Below are positions 34,678-44,581 of a stretch of 64,000 nucleotides of DNA, one piece after another. Source of the stretch: a virus (lineage: Duplodnaviria; Caudoviricetes). The position numbers were made by a program, and so were the translations under genes. The first letter of the stretch is position 1; the number at the start of each line of letters is the position of its first letter. The stretch spans positions 32,001 to 96,000 of IMG/VR virus record IMGVR_UViG_2906610324_000001. One strand, given 5' to 3'. A model generated the notes under the pieces. That model was not told the DNA's origin, searched no databases, and worked only from the letters and a program-made list of their open reading frames with translations.

Positions 34678-35970
34678 ATGGGCATCTTCGATATCTTCAG
34701 ATCCCGTGGCGGCGTTCCGGTGGAGCAGCGGCGCGAGCCGCGGGTCATGGCCTCCGCCGAGGTTTCGTCGATCGCGGACCTCGATGATCCGCGTATCCAG
34801 GAATATCTGCGCGGCCGCGGTTTCGGCAGCGAGGCCGGCGCGCCGGTGAACCCGCACTCCGCGTTGAAGGTGGCCACCGCTTTTCGGTGCGCGGCCATCA
34901 TCAATGGTGCCATCGCGACGCTGCCGATGGACATCAAGCGGCGGACCGGCAACACCCGCGTCGATGCCAACGATGCCATCATCTGGGACGTGCTGAAGAC
35001 GAAGCCGAACCCCTGGCAGACGCCAAGTGAATTCAAGCGCCTCATGCAGATGATGGTGCTGATGCGCGGCAATGGCTATGCGCTGATCGTGAGAGGAGCG
35101 TTTGGCAAGATCAAGTGGCTGATCCCGCTGGTCGGCGCGATGCAGGTCAAGCAGAACACCGACTTCACGCTGACCTATACGTACACTCGGCCGGATGGTG
35201 CGCAGATCACGATTGCGCAAGAGGACATCCTTCACCTCCGCGGCATGTCGTTGGACGGCATCAACGGGCTTTCGGTTCTCGGTTTCGCTCGCGAGACGAT
35301 CGGCATCTCGATCCAGTCGGAGAAGCACCTGGCCAAGGTGTTCAAGAACGGCACTTCCGTGGGGACCGTTCTCTCAACCGCCGGCGAGGTTGACGATAGG
35401 GAAAGGTTGAAGGCTGATCTTGAGGAGTACCGTGGTGCGGAGAACGCGCACAAGACCCTCATCCTCGAGGGTGGTCTGAAATGGGAGAAGGTCGACCTCA
35501 GCAACCTTGATCTCCAGTTCATCCAGAACCGTGAGATCACGGCGACCGAGATATGCATGTTCTTCGGAGTGCCGCCGTTCATGGTCGGTCTGACCACGAA
35601 GCAAACGTCGTGGGGCTCCGGCGTTGAACAGATGGGCATCGGGTTCGTCGCCTATACGCTTCAGGACTGGTTCACGATGTGGCAGGACGCGATCAAGCGC
35701 GATCTGCAGCCGCCGGATGACCCAACCCTTTACGTGCGGATCAATCCGTCGGGATTGTTGCGGGCCGACATCAAGACGCGAGTGCTGTCGTATGCCGTCG
35801 GTCGCCAATGGGGCTGGTGGTCTGCCGACGACGTGCGCGAGATGGAAGACGCGAACCCGCTGCCCGACGGCATCGGCCAGACATACCTGCAGGCGGTCAA
35901 CATGCAGGACGCCAGCAAGGCGACGGCCGATCTGGCCGCGCACGATCCAAACGCTCCGACATCCAAGTAA
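34678..35970 (+). CDS. HK97-family portal protein
   Basis: PNPWQT..EF, GNGYA, ILHLRG.SLDG..GLS, ILEGGLKW, FGVPP. Confidence 0.95.
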   Translation: MGIFDIFRSRGGVPVEQRREPRVMASAEVSSIADLDDPRIQEYLRGRGFGSEAGAPVNPHSALKVATAFRCAAIINGAIATLPMDIKRRTGNTRVDANDAIIWDVLKTKPNPWQTPSEFKRLMQMMVLMRGNGYALIVRGAFGKIKWLIPLVGAMQVKQNTDFTLTYTYTRPDGAQITIAQEDILHLRGMSLDGINGLSVLGFARETIGISIQSEKHLAKVFKNGTSVGTVLSTAGEVDDRERLKADLEEYRGAENAHKTLILEGGLKWEKVDLSNLDLQFIQNREITATEICMFFGVPPFMVGLTTKQTSWGSGVEQMGIGFVAYTLQDWFTMWQDAIKRDLQPPDDPTLYVRINPSGLLRADIKTRVLSYAVGRQWGWWSADDVREMEDANPLPDGIGQTYLQAVNMQDASKATADLAAHDPNAPTSK

Positions 35971-35985
35971 TTGACGAGAGGGCAC

Positions 35986-37389
35986 ATGGCTGATCTCAAT
36001 CGCGCCGGCCGCGCGTTCGCGCGCGACCTTATCGCCGGTGACAACATCGATCGGGACTCGGCGTGGTCGTTCACTGCCGATGATGGCAATACGCTGCTCG
36101 GCGACGCTGGCTCCGACTGGGCGAATTACGGCAAGCATCATCTCGGTATCGACACGACCGAGAACTTCGACACCAAGGACCATTGGAAGTACCCGTTCGC
36201 CAAAGACGGCAAGATCTATCGGAGCGCCCTGGTCGCGATCCGGCAGCGGTCGAGCTCGCAAAAGGACAAGGTAGTCTATGATGCAGCCGGCGCGCTCCTC
36301 GACGAGATCGACGGCGACACTGACTCGAGCCAGGCCGATGCCGGCAAGGGCCCGAACGCCGGTGGTGGCGTGATCACCGTAGCGAACCGGCCCCCGCGCA
36401 TTGAAGTGCAGCCGCGCTCGGACCTCGCGTCGTCGGCGCCGGCGAGTCCTGATTGCTTCTCGCGCTGGAATCCCGGCATCCGCGCGGCGACCGCAGACGA
36501 ACCGAACGTCATCGAGATGTTCGACGTGATTGGATACGACTTCTGGAGCGGCGGAGGGATCACCGCGGATTCCGTTTCCAGCCAGTTGAAGAGCTTCAGC
36601 GGCCAGCCGGTCGAGGTGCAGATCAACTCGCCCGGCGGCGATATGTTCGAAGGCATCGCGATCTACAACCTGCTGAATCAGTATCCCGGCAAGGTCACGG
36701 TCAAAGTGATGGCGCTCGCGGCAAGTGCGGCCTCGGTGATCGCCATGGCCGGCGATGACGTCCAGATCGGGCAGGGCGCCTTCATCATGATCCACAACTG
36801 CTGGGTCATGGCGATCGGCAACCGCAACGATATGCGTGAAGTCGCGGACTATCTCGAACCGTTTGACCAGGCGCTGCGCGACATCTACGTCGCCCGGACC
36901 AGCATGAAGGCGAACGACGTCGCCACCTATATGGACGACGAGACGTTCATCGGCGCGCAGCAGGCGATCGACGAGGGCTTTGCAGACACCCTCCTGTCGC
37001 AGGAGAAGATCAAGGAAGACAAGAAGGCCGCCGCAACCTCGAAGTCCAAGATTGCTGCCCTTCACATTGAAGCTGCCCTGGTCCGCCGCGGGCACGTCCC
37101 CGCGGCACAGGCGCGCAGCATGATTGTGAATGCGGCCGGTGCCGGCGCCGACGGTACGCCGGCCGTCCGTGAGATCGAGAAGATCCTGACCCGGAACGAT
37201 GGCGAGCATGAAGGCATGTCTCGCGGCACGTTCCGTGCGCTCATCCGAGATTTGAAGAGCGGCACGCCTGCGGCGGCCGCCAATCAAAGTGACGTCATGC
37301 CTGGCGCTGATGTCGGGTCCAAGCCTGGCGCTGGACAAGCCGAACTGCTGACGGCGATCGCCGCCTTCAAGCAGGTCGCGAAGTCGTAA
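35986..37389 (+). CDS. ClpP-type (S14) prohead protease with an extra ~110-aa N-terminal domain
   Basis: INSPGGD.FEG.AIYN, AASAASVIAMAGD, IMIHN, ET...AQ.A..GFAD. Confidence 0.9.
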   Translation: MADLNRAGRAFARDLIAGDNIDRDSAWSFTADDGNTLLGDAGSDWANYGKHHLGIDTTENFDTKDHWKYPFAKDGKIYRSALVAIRQRSSSQKDKVVYDAAGALLDEIDGDTDSSQADAGKGPNAGGGVITVANRPPRIEVQPRSDLASSAPASPDCFSRWNPGIRAATADEPNVIEMFDVIGYDFWSGGGITADSVSSQLKSFSGQPVEVQINSPGGDMFEGIAIYNLLNQYPGKVTVKVMALAASAASVIAMAGDDVQIGQGAFIMIHNCWVMAIGNRNDMREVADYLEPFDQALRDIYVARTSMKANDVATYMDDETFIGAQQAIDEGFADTLLSQEKIKEDKKAAATSKSKIAALHIEAALVRRGHVPAAQARSMIVNAAGAGADGTPAVREIEKILTRNDGEHEGMSRGTFRALIRDLKSGTPAAAANQSDVMPGADVGSKPGAGQAELLTAIAAFKQVAKS

Positions 37390-37425
37390 CGCTCAACGCA
37401 ATCCATCCAATCGGAGAATTTGGCC

Positions 37426-38838
37426 ATGACGCGCCATTTCGCGCCGCGCAGCCTGCTGTCTGCTGCGCCTCGTGCACTCATGCTCCCGGGAGTCCGCGCC
37501 GACGTAAGTCCGGCCGAGCTCGTCCAGGGGCTCACCAAGGATCTGGGCGACTTCAAGTCGGCTCAGGTCGAAGCCATGAAGCAGCTCGAGAAGGTCGTGA
37601 ACGACTTCCGTGCTGCCAACGACACGTCGTTGAAGGCGAAGGTCGACGATGCCGTGATGACCGAGCAGGTCAACCGCATCAACGCCGCGATCGACGAGGG
37701 CGTGAAGCAGCAGAAGGATATCGGCGCCAAGATCGACAAGATCACCGCTGAGATCGAGAAGCTGACCGAGAAGCAGGCGTCCCTGACCGTTCTGGGCAAT
37801 GGCACCAAGGCGAGCAAGGATCCGCGCACGTCGAACCCGAACTTGCCGGAGTACGCGAAGGCGTTCAACCGGTACTTCCGCCGCGGCGAGAATGCCGTGG
37901 AAGGTGGCGCCTCGGCGCTGCGCGACCTCGAGGTGAAGGCCGCGATGTCCGTCGGCTCCGATCCGGATGGTGGCTACACCGTCCTGCCGGAGATCGAGCA
38001 GACCATCGACGAGGTCGTCCAGCAGATCTCGCCGATGCGCGATCTCGCGACCGTCATGACGATCGGCACCTCGGAGTACCGCAAGCTGGTCAACCAGCAC
38101 GGCACCGCCTCGGGCTGGGTCGGTGAGGTGGACTCGCGTCCGCAGACTGCCGGATCGAACCTGAGCGAGCTGAAGTTCCCGATCATGGAGATGTATGCCA
38201 TGCCGGCAGCGTCCCAGAGCCTGCTCGACGACGCGTTCGTCGACATCGGCGCCTGGATCGCCGGTGAGGTGCAGCTCGAGTTCGCCCGCCAGGAAGGCAA
38301 CGCCTTCGTGGTCGGCGACGGCCAGAACAAGCCGAATGGCATCGTCGGTGGCTACCAGACCGTGGCCAACAACGCCTATGCCTGGGGCAAGATCGGCTTC
38401 GTGACCACCGGCGCCGCCGGCGCCTTCGCGAACGCCAACCCGGCTGACTGCTTGGTCGACCTCCTGCACTCGGTGAAGAGCCCGTACCGCATCAATTCGA
38501 CCTTCGTGGCGAACCGCGGCACGCTCGGCGCGATCCGGAAGCTGAAGGACGGCCAGGGCAACTACCTCCTGAACATGGTCCTTCGTCAGGAGGGCTTCAT
38601 CGAGGAGATCCTCGGTCGTCCCGCGGTCGAGATGCCTGACATGCCGGACATGGGCGCGAACTCGCTCTCGGTCGCTTACGGCGATTTCAAGCGCGCCTAT
38701 CTGATCATCGACCGGATCGGCATTCGCGTCCTGCGCGACCCGTACACCGCCAAGCCCTACGTGCTGTTCTACACGACCAAGCGCGTCGGCGGTGGCGTGC
38801 AGAACTTCGAGGCGTTCAAGCTCCTGAAGTTCGCGTAA
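37426..38838 (+). CDS. HK97-fold major capsid protein
   Basis: DGGYTV.PE, WVGE, SQSLLDD, F..GDG..KP.G, GDFKRAY.I.DR.G..VLRDPY. Confidence 0.97.
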   Translation: MTRHFAPRSLLSAAPRALMLPGVRADVSPAELVQGLTKDLGDFKSAQVEAMKQLEKVVNDFRAANDTSLKAKVDDAVMTEQVNRINAAIDEGVKQQKDIGAKIDKITAEIEKLTEKQASLTVLGNGTKASKDPRTSNPNLPEYAKAFNRYFRRGENAVEGGASALRDLEVKAAMSVGSDPDGGYTVLPEIEQTIDEVVQQISPMRDLATVMTIGTSEYRKLVNQHGTASGWVGEVDSRPQTAGSNLSELKFPIMEMYAMPAASQSLLDDAFVDIGAWIAGEVQLEFARQEGNAFVVGDGQNKPNGIVGGYQTVANNAYAWGKIGFVTTGAAGAFANANPADCLVDLLHSVKSPYRINSTFVANRGTLGAIRKLKDGQGNYLLNMVLRQEGFIEEILGRPAVEMPDMPDMGANSLSVAYGDFKRAYLIIDRIGIRVLRDPYTAKPYVLFYTTKRVGGGVQNFEAFKLLKFA

Positions 38839-38934
38839 GCGCGCTCCGAGCCACGTTCGCAAGCGCGGCTCGGCCAACGCCGGGCCGCGGCACCTTCCCC
38901 CCAATTTCCTCAACCTTCAGAAGGGACCTGCGCT

Positions 38935-39330
38935 ATGAAGCGTGATCTCCGGAGCAACGTTGACGTTGCTCAGACTCTTGCGCCGGCGGCCCGTGTGAAC
39001 GGCACCGCAAACGGCGTAACCGTCGACCTCCAGGGCTACGAGAGCGCGATGTTTGCGTTCGAGGCCGGTGCATGGACCGACGGCTCGCACACCCCGTCGA
39101 TCCAGCACAGCGATGACGGCACGACCTTCGTTGCCGCCGCAGCCCCGGACATCCAGGGCGCATTCGCTCCTGTTACCAGCGGCGCCGGCCAGAATGCCGT
39201 GCAGCGCGTCGGCTATGTCGGCAGCAAGCGCTACGTCCGCGGATCGGTCCTCACGTCCGGCGCGACCACCGGCCTGGTGCAGTCGATGGCCGTCGTCCGC
39301 TCGAGGGCCCGTGTGTCGCCGCTTCCGTAA
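38935..39330 (+). CDS. Capsid-associated (decoration-like) protein
   Basis: NG.TVDLQGY, IQHSDDG, VGYVG.KRYVR; directly after the major capsid gene. Confidence 0.65.
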   Translation: MKRDLRSNVDVAQTLAPAARVNGTANGVTVDLQGYESAMFAFEAGAWTDGSHTPSIQHSDDGTTFVAAAAPDIQGAFAPVTSGAGQNAVQRVGYVGSKRYVRGSVLTSGATTGLVQSMAVVRSRARVSPLP

Positions 39331-39417
39331 CCGAATGCGGAGGGATCAGGTGCGGCGCTGTATCCATGACGGCGCCGCAGCCTGTGAGCCGGTGTTCAAC
39401 ATTTAGGGAGACCTGCC

Positions 39418-39921
39418 ATGAGCGCAGTAGTCGTGACGCCGTTTCCTGGCGTCAAGGATGGCGAGACCAATCCAACCCATTTCGTCGAGGGAGACGTGAT
39501 TGATGGGGACCTCGCTGAGACCGCCTTGAGGTATGGCCTCGCGGTCCAGGAGGGTAGCGAAGGGGCCGATACCGCCGGTGCTGGCGATGGCGGCGGAAAG
39601 GTGATCGTCGTCGACGGCCAGGTCGAGATCCCGGAGAACTGGCCGAAACTGAAATGGTTTGCCCTGAAGGCCTTGGCCGAGAAGATCCTCGGCAAGCCCG
39701 TGGCAGGAACCGATGAGGCCCGCAACATCGTGCAGGCGGAGGTCGACCGGCGCGCGAATCCCGAGACGTCGGAAGCGGGCGTGGCTGGTGCTGGCGGCGA
39801 TGTGGCGCCTGTCGGTCAAAAGGAAGGTGGTGAAAGCCAGGCTGGTGCCGGAAGCGCGCAGGCCGATGCCGGTGGCAAGCCTGTCGCCGGCACGGATGCC
39901 GGCGCTGCCACGGCCGGCTGA
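39418..39921 (+). CDS. Head-associated hypothetical protein
   Basis: PF.GV.DGE..P..F..GD; low-complexity tail. Confidence 0.6.
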   Translation: MSAVVVTPFPGVKDGETNPTHFVEGDVIDGDLAETALRYGLAVQEGSEGADTAGAGDGGGKVIVVDGQVEIPENWPKLKWFALKALAEKILGKPVAGTDEARNIVQAEVDRRANPETSEAGVAGAGGDVAPVGQKEGGESQAGAGSAQADAGGKPVAGTDAGAATAG

Positions 39922-39952
39922 TATCTGGATCGGCTGCGACGGCGAGGCGTAG

Positions 39953-40612
39953 ATGCTCAGCACCATCGTTCGCGCCGTCGCGGCGACCACAACAGGCTTG
40001 ACCACGCGAGACCGCGTCAAGAGCGACCTCAAAATCACTGGAACAGCCGAGGACGCATATATTGACGAGGCGATCGCGCGCGTTTCGGCGCTGATCTGCT
40101 CGTACCTCAAGGTGCCGATGGCCGATGACGGATCCCGTACCCTAGCGTCCGAGGATCTCGTCCAGACCTTTCGGTTTCGCCACCACGACCATCATCGGGA
40201 GAGCTTGGTCCTGGCCCGCAAGCCGGTCACCGCGGTGGCGTACGTCAAGATCAACGATGTCGTGATCGACCAGGACGACTATGAACTGATCGGCCGAAGC
40301 GGCATCCTTTATCGGCTTCGCTTCGGACATCCAAGTCATTGGCCGTGCCGCGGCAAGGTCGAGGTACGCAGCACCGCCGGTTGGCTCCTGCCCAACGACA
40401 CCGGACAGTCGACATTGCCGTCGGATATCGAGGGCGTCGCTGTGGACCTGATCAAGGCCGCGCGCGAGGCGCGGACACGGGATCCGATGGTCAAGTCGGT
40501 TGCGGTGGTCGATGTCGACCAAGTCGACTACTGGGTCGGCAATATCGGGCAGGGGCCATTCCCGCCGGATATCGAAGCCAAGCTCGAAGCCTACAGGTAT
40601 CGATCGCTGTGA
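39953..40612 (+). CDS. Head-tail connector (adaptor)
   Basis: LTT...VK.DL, AG......LP.DIE, L..YR; position in neck module. Confidence 0.75.
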   Translation: MLSTIVRAVAATTTGLTTRDRVKSDLKITGTAEDAYIDEAIARVSALICSYLKVPMADDGSRTLASEDLVQTFRFRHHDHHRESLVLARKPVTAVAYVKINDVVIDQDDYELIGRSGILYRLRFGHPSHWPCRGKVEVRSTAGWLLPNDTGQSTLPSDIEGVAVDLIKAAREARTRDPMVKSVAVVDVDQVDYWVGNIGQGPFPPDIEAKLEAYRYRSL

Positions 40613-40989
40613 GCGAATACACCGATCGGCAGGATGCGTCCCTCGCGGCTCGAGGCGAAAACATCCTTTTGCGCCGAACCATCGGCGCGAGTAGGGATGA
40701 GGTCGGGGTTCGAGCGCACGTCCGCAGCTATCGGATGAATGCCGACGAACTCGCCAGGGGAATCTACAAGCAGCCGTACGTCGTCATCATCACGCTGACG
40801 CAGATCACGGCAGCGGGGTGGCCGGAGCATGCATCGGCGGCTGCTGCGGCGCCATTCGATGTCGACCCACGCATTCCAGTGATCGGCGACGTCACCATCA
40901 TCAAGGGCGGCGCCAAAACAGTGAAGGCAGTCGATCCGGTTGCGGTCGACGACGAAGTCGTCCGCGTCAAGATGATCGTCGATGGTTAG
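40609..40989 (+). CDS. Head closure protein
   Basis: GTG start coupled; GE.I.LRR, P..GD...I.G; position. Confidence 0.65.
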   Translation: MSEYTDRQDASLAARGENILLRRTIGASRDEVGVRAHVRSYRMNADELARGIYKQPYVVIITLTQITAAGWPEHASAAAAAPFDVDPRIPVIGDVTIIKGGAKTVKAVDPVAVDDEVVRVKMIVDG

Positions 40990-40991
40990 AG

Positions 40992-41645
40992 ATGGCCCGC
41001 ATCTCGACCTTCGAGCGCGATCTGAAACTCGCCACGGCGGGGATGGCGCCAGAGAACATCGCAAAGGAGTTGGCCGCATTCGCGAGGCAGGAACTGGCGG
41101 CCGTCATTCAATCCGGAGAGGGATCTGAGCGCTACGATCGCTACGTGAACGGAAATCTCGGCGCCGCGGAGGAAACAGTCGTTCCGCCGGGCCCGATCCT
41201 CTACGTCTTCCATTGGTGGCGTGAGATCGTCGAGTTCGCGCTGCAAACCGCGGTCGAGCGGTCGCCTGAGAAGTCGGGCCGTTACAAGCGGGATTGGTTC
41301 ATCATGACGCCAGGTGGCGTCGTGAAGAGCTTCGACGAGATCCCGATCAACTCGACGGTCATCCTGACCAACAACCAGCCCTACAGCCGGAAAATCGACG
41401 TCGGTCACATGCGGATGTCGGTGCCGCCCGGTGTTGTTGAAGATGTCCGCAAGGCGGTTATGGCGAGATTTGGCAACTTCGTCACGGCGAAGCGCACGAT
41501 GATCACGTTGCCAGGTGGCTACATCCTCAAGGGGCACTTTCGCCGCGGCTATCGACCGTTCGCGCGGACAAAGCTGCGGAAAGACACTATGGCGGGAGCG
41601 CAGATGACGTATCCGGCGCTCGTTCTGACGATGAAGGTCTCCTGA
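40992..41645 (+). CDS. Tail completion/neck protein (HK97 gp10-like)
   Basis: SP..SGRY...W, N.QPYSRKI..G. Confidence 0.65.
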   Translation: MARISTFERDLKLATAGMAPENIAKELAAFARQELAAVIQSGEGSERYDRYVNGNLGAAEETVVPPGPILYVFHWWREIVEFALQTAVERSPEKSGRYKRDWFIMTPGGVVKSFDEIPINSTVILTNNQPYSRKIDVGHMRMSVPPGVVEDVRKAVMARFGNFVTAKRTMITLPGGYILKGHFRRGYRPFARTKLRKDTMAGAQMTYPALVLTMKVS

Positions 41646-42118
41646 TGGATCTGCCGTACGACGAGGTATTCGACGCCATTCGTGACTATCTCGGCTACGT
41701 CGATGTCGATACCAACGCTCCGGTCATTGGCAACTGGGATTTCAGCGTTGCGCCGCTGGTCTATGAAAACGAAGGGGACGGCTCTCCCAGCGGAGAGATC
41801 AAGAGCTGGGTCCTCGTCATCCTGAACAGCCAGCTTTACGGCCAGCAGTCGATAGGCGGCGGCATCGACGCCGGCGACAACCGCTGGGATGAAGACGGCA
41901 CCATCTGGTTTCACGTCTTCACGCCTCGCGGCATCGGCTCGCGTGAGGCGCGGCGCATCGCGAAGGGCCTTGCCAATATGTTCCGCGGCAAGACGATGCT
42001 CAATGACCGGCTAGAGTTCTTGGATGCCGACATGGGCGCGGGCGATCCCGGTGCGGAGAACGCGAACTATTACCTGATGTCCGTCAGCATCGAATGGCGC
42101 CTGATCGAGGCGGAATAG
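41645..42118 (+). CDS. Tail terminator-like protein
   Basis: YEN, G.I.FHVFTP.G.G...A...A..L...FRG. Confidence 0.75.
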   Translation: MDLPYDEVFDAIRDYLGYVDVDTNAPVIGNWDFSVAPLVYENEGDGSPSGEIKSWVLVILNSQLYGQQSIGGGIDAGDNRWDEDGTIWFHVFTPRGIGSREARRIAKGLANMFRGKTMLNDRLEFLDADMGAGDPGAENANYYLMSVSIEWRLIEAE

Positions 42119-42127
42119 GAGACTCCA

Positions 42128-42376
42128 ATGGACGAGCACGACGTTCTCAAGCCCTTCAACACCGTGAACCGGCGCTTCAGGCCCGATGACGAGCGCTGTA
42201 ACGTGGTGCGCTCCGATGATCATCTCGAGCCGCACTCGATCGAGACACTGAAGGCCCGCGGCTTCATCAAGGAGCGCGGCGAGGCTGTAGCGCTGCCGAC
42301 GTCCGTGGCGGCGGAGGTGCCCCCGAACAAGCTTGAGGTGAGCCGGCCGGCCACCCCAGCGACCTCCGAGAAGTAA
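42128..42376 (+). CDS. Hypothetical protein
   Basis: AGGAG RBS; VLKPFNT.NRRF. Confidence 0.6.
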   Translation: MDEHDVLKPFNTVNRRFRPDDERCNVVRSDDHLEPHSIETLKARGFIKERGEAVALPTSVAAEVPPNKLEVSRPATPATSEK

Positions 42377-42404
42377 CTCACCCCATCCATCGCTGACCTC
42401 ACGC

Positions 42405-42430
42405 AAGGCGCCCCAACGGGCGCCTTTTTC
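42405..42430 (+). terminator. Rho-independent terminator
   Basis: AAGGCGCCC-CAAC-GGGCGCCTT followed by TTT. Confidence 0.7.
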
Positions 42431-42444
42431 ATTGGGAGAACGCC

Positions 42445-43926
42445 GTGACCTCATCCAACCGCACGCAACTTGCTCTCGTTCGGGAGACCACGCCCGGCGT
42501 CACCCCGACGACGCCGCGCATGCGCAAGGTCAGGATGACCGGGGAGTCCTTGCAGTTCGGTCCGACCTATGTGGACTCGGAAGAGATCCGCGACGACCGT
42601 ATGCTTGGTGACCCGATCAAGACGAACCAGGCGTCGTCCGGCGGAATCAACGGCGAAATCTCGTATCCCGATGACGGCTCGGCGCTGTCCGAGATCCTGA
42701 TGTCGGCGTTTGAGAACGTCTGGGCGAACACGCCGCAGTTCTTCAACGACGGTACCGCGGATAGCGTCATCACGGATGCCGGCACGGTCGCGAGCACCTA
42801 TGCGGTGGCTTCCGGCGGTGCAGCGGTGAAGCTCGGCCATCTCGTCCGTGCCAGCGGCTTCGTCCAGGGCGCCAACAACCAGGTCTTCAGAGCCTCGGCC
42901 TCGACGGGAACCACGGTTGTCGGCGCCGCCGGACTGGTCGCCGAGGTCGCTCCTCCCGGCACGGCCAAGCTCAAGGTGGTGGGCTTCGCCGGCGCCGCCG
43001 GCGACATCACGGCCTTGGTCGACGGCCTCGGCTCGACCGCGCTGGATTTCACGACGCTTGGCTTGGTCGTTGGGCAGTGGATCAAGGTCGGCGGCGCCGC
43101 GGATATCACCCAGTTCGCCTTCCTCGTCACTGCCGGTGCCAAGGCGCGAGCGGCCGCATACGCTCGCGTCACCGCGATCGCGGCGCAGAAGCTCACGCTG
43201 GACAACCTGCCGTCCGGATGGGCGGCCGATCCCGGTACCGGCAAGACGATCTGGGCTTTCTTCGGCGACCAGATCAAGAACGGTGTCGCTCCGAACTCCA
43301 TGACGATCGAGCGCGGCTTCCTCGGCGAGCCGGTGCCGTCCTACATCGTGAACATCGGCATGCAGGCGAACACCTTCAACGTCGACATGCAGAGCGGCGA
43401 CAAGCTGAAGTGGCAGGCGACGTTCACTGGCCTCGGCGGCAGCATCGGGACGGTGACCTTGGACGCGAGCCCGGATCCGGTGACGACCGGCGTCGTCATG
43501 GCCGCGAACGCTAACGTCGGACGCCTCGGCGTCAACCAGGTGCAGTTGGGCTCGCCGAACTGGGCGAAGGGCTTCTCGATCCAGATCAACAACAACCTCC
43601 GGACGCTCGACGCTGTCGACTCCGACGCGCCGGTGGCGATCAATGACGGCGAGTGCACAGTCACCGGCAAGGTGACGACGTATTTCGGCAGCGCGACCGA
43701 GGTGCAGGCCTTCTACAATGGTACGCCGCGGCCGATCAACTCGCGCATCGCGAAGAACGGCCAGGCGCTGATCTTCCAGGTGCCGCGCGCCGTCTACCGT
43801 GGTGGCGGCAACCCGCAGGCCACGGCCAAGAACACCGACGTCATGGCCGATTTCGACTACCAGGCCTCGCAGGACGTCGTGACCAACGCGCACGTCCTTC
43901 TCGATCGGCTCGAATACGTGGAGTAG
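42445..43926 (+). CDS. Major tail tube protein
   Basis: SSNR..L..VRE.T.G.TP, SEEIR.DR, I.INNNL, VTG....YF. Confidence 0.85.
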   Translation: MTSSNRTQLALVRETTPGVTPTTPRMRKVRMTGESLQFGPTYVDSEEIRDDRMLGDPIKTNQASSGGINGEISYPDDGSALSEILMSAFENVWANTPQFFNDGTADSVITDAGTVASTYAVASGGAAVKLGHLVRASGFVQGANNQVFRASASTGTTVVGAAGLVAEVAPPGTAKLKVVGFAGAAGDITALVDGLGSTALDFTTLGLVVGQWIKVGGAADITQFAFLVTAGAKARAAAYARVTAIAAQKLTLDNLPSGWAADPGTGKTIWAFFGDQIKNGVAPNSMTIERGFLGEPVPSYIVNIGMQANTFNVDMQSGDKLKWQATFTGLGGSIGTVTLDASPDPVTTGVVMAANANVGRLGVNQVQLGSPNWAKGFSIQINNNLRTLDAVDSDAPVAINDGECTVTGKVTTYFGSATEVQAFYNGTPRPINSRIAKNGQALIFQVPRAVYRGGGNPQATAKNTDVMADFDYQASQDVVTNAHVLLDRLEYVE

Positions 43927-43973
43927 GCCGGCCGCCAAACTCTGGTCCCATCGCTAAAGACGAGGCTGACGAC

Positions 43974-44345
43974 ATGAAGTGGTTCGTGGCGCTGATCGCT
44001 GCTGCCGGTGTGTTGGGTGCCACCCAGGCGCTCGCCGCGAAGGCACATATTGCCGAGTTCACTGATGTCGGAGTGACCGCGACGAACATTCGGGCGCAGA
44101 TTGCGGCCATGCCGCCGGCGGTCGAGCAACCGATTGTCGACTTCACGTCCGGTCATGCTGAGTCAGCGGCGTTCACGACCGGTACGACGTACATCCGCGT
44201 AAATTGCGACACGAGGTGTGCGGTGAAGATCGGTCCAGCCGGATCGACCACGGCGACAACGGTGAACACGCCGCTCGGGCCGGATGCCCCGGAATATTTC
44301 GGGGTCAAGGCCGGCCAGATCATCTCGATCGTGGCCAACCCATGA
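43974..44345 (+). CDS. Signal-peptide protein 1 (small beta-rich, possibly spike-base-like)
   Basis: MKWFVALIAAAGVLGATQALA|; SAAF...T..IRV.CD..C....G...ATT..TPL....PEYFGV..GQ.IS. Confidence 0.75.
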   Translation: MKWFVALIAAAGVLGATQALAAKAHIAEFTDVGVTATNIRAQIAAMPPAVEQPIVDFTSGHAESAAFTTGTTYIRVNCDTRCAVKIGPAGSTTATTVNTPLGPDAPEYFGVKAGQIISIVANP

Positions 44346-44572
44346 AGCGCGCTACCGCAGCGCTGACGGCCGCCGCTCTGCTGGCCTCCGCCCTCTGGGG
44401 GACGGACGTGCAAGCCCTCGGCCTCGGCAAGCTTGGCGTTGGCTTCGGGAAGATGGGCCGCGTCGTCATGAAGAAGCAGCCCGGTGGCACGCCGCCGGTA
44501 GGCTGCGCCGGGCCCGGCCAGTTGGATTTCTCCGACACCTGCCAAACCGCAATCATTTCAGCTCTGCTCTGA
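44342..44572 (+). CDS. Signal-peptide protein 2 (LGLG motif)
   Basis: MKRATAALTAAALLASALWGTDVQA|LGLGKLGVGFG; ATGA coupled. Confidence 0.65.
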   Translation: MKRATAALTAAALLASALWGTDVQALGLGKLGVGFGKMGRVVMKKQPGGTPPVGCAGPGQLDFSDTCQTAIISALL

Positions 44573-44581
44573 GGTCATATT

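Noticed and set aside
35374-43938. Long minus-strand ORFs (35374-37338, 37393-38913, 42451-43938; also 11964-13595 and 60955-62439 elsewhere)
   Set aside because: Antisense shadows of well-supported phage genes
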